Assembly (NCBI RefSeq): GCF_009834535.1
Contig: NC_045699.1
Coordinates: 43,152,001-43,216,000 of the forward strand
From: Camelus ferus
Taxonomy: Eukaryota
Direction: 5' to 3'
DNA: 64,000 nucleotides
Below the pieces are notes generated by a model. The model ran no database searches. It was not told the DNA's origin and worked only from the letters and a program-made list of their open reading frames with translations. Position 1 is the stretch's first letter. Every line of letters begins with the position of its first letter. This document shows, piece after piece, positions 63,496 through 64,000 of the stretch. The translations under genes and the position numbers were made by a program.

Positions 63496-64000
63496 GTCTA
63501 ATGGGTATTCGAAGAAGGCTCCCAGCTCCCCAAGGCATCACTAGCAAGAGGTCCGTGATTGGTCACAGTTCCTGAGGACATGGCAGGGAAGTGGTAGCAG
63601 GAGTAAGCAGCTGTCTTGGGCTTAAAGCTGGAGGCGTTCAAACAGTCTGGACTACCACTTGTTGGGGAAGCTGTAAAAGGATTTGATCTCTAAAGTCCTC
63701 AATGATGCTAGGACATTGAATCTGGGGTTGGAGGCCACAGCAGTATGTACTGGAGTTGCCAGCCTGAGTCAGAGGTGATAGTACATCTCTTTTCCCATGC
63801 TAGGCATAGACATGGCTTAGTAAATATTGAAAAAATTAACCACAGGTGACAGGAATGATGGTAGAAAATTGGCACCTTCCCTAACAGACTGCCCTGGGGA
63901 GGACAAAGTAATTCTGTCTACTTTAAACTCACTCTAATGGGGTGGGAGTAGCAGATGTCATGACTTCAAGGTGACGGAAGGTGACAGAGTAGCAACAGAT

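Noticed and set aside
63500-64000. Expected 3' end of TLN1, the next gene in human synteny
   Set aside because: No talin coding sequence or clear minus-strand poly(A) signal inside the window.

Overview
Mammalian genomic DNA, probably from a camelid (inferred from two young L1 3' ends of the camelid type; the species cannot be fixed). The window is syntenic to human 9p13.3. Gene order: TESK1(+), CD72(-), SIT1(-), RMRP(-, Pol III ncRNA), CCDC107(+), ARHGEF39(-), CA9(+), TPM2(-). I built all exon-intron structures by hand from GT-AG sites and recognisable protein sequence, and they give intact frames (CD72 361 aa, SIT1 189 aa, CCDC107 257 aa, ARHGEF39 334 aa, CA9 440 aa, TPM2 284 aa in both isoforms). 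The TESK1 start and stop codons fall inside N blocks. Intergenic and intronic DNA is mostly old repeats (L2, L1M, MIR, L3, MLT1, MER3/5/20, Charlie1) plus two young L1 insertions with perfect TSDs. I see no prokaryotic system, CRISPR array or clearly novel protein-coding gene. The best second-look items are: an orphan ZNF143/NRF1/Sp1 CpG promoter between CD72 and SIT1; start-codon turnover in SIT1; crossed poly(A) signals at two convergent gene pairs; an open exon-8-skip frame in CD72 exon 9; loss of the CCDC107 intron-retained isoform; a TESK1 uORF/start-stop element and mirtron-like hairpin; a probable L1 3' transduction; and a c-fos-type SRE in TPM2 intron 2. Human and mouse comparisons are from memory and need alignment. 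Repeat family names and boundaries are by eye and approximate.
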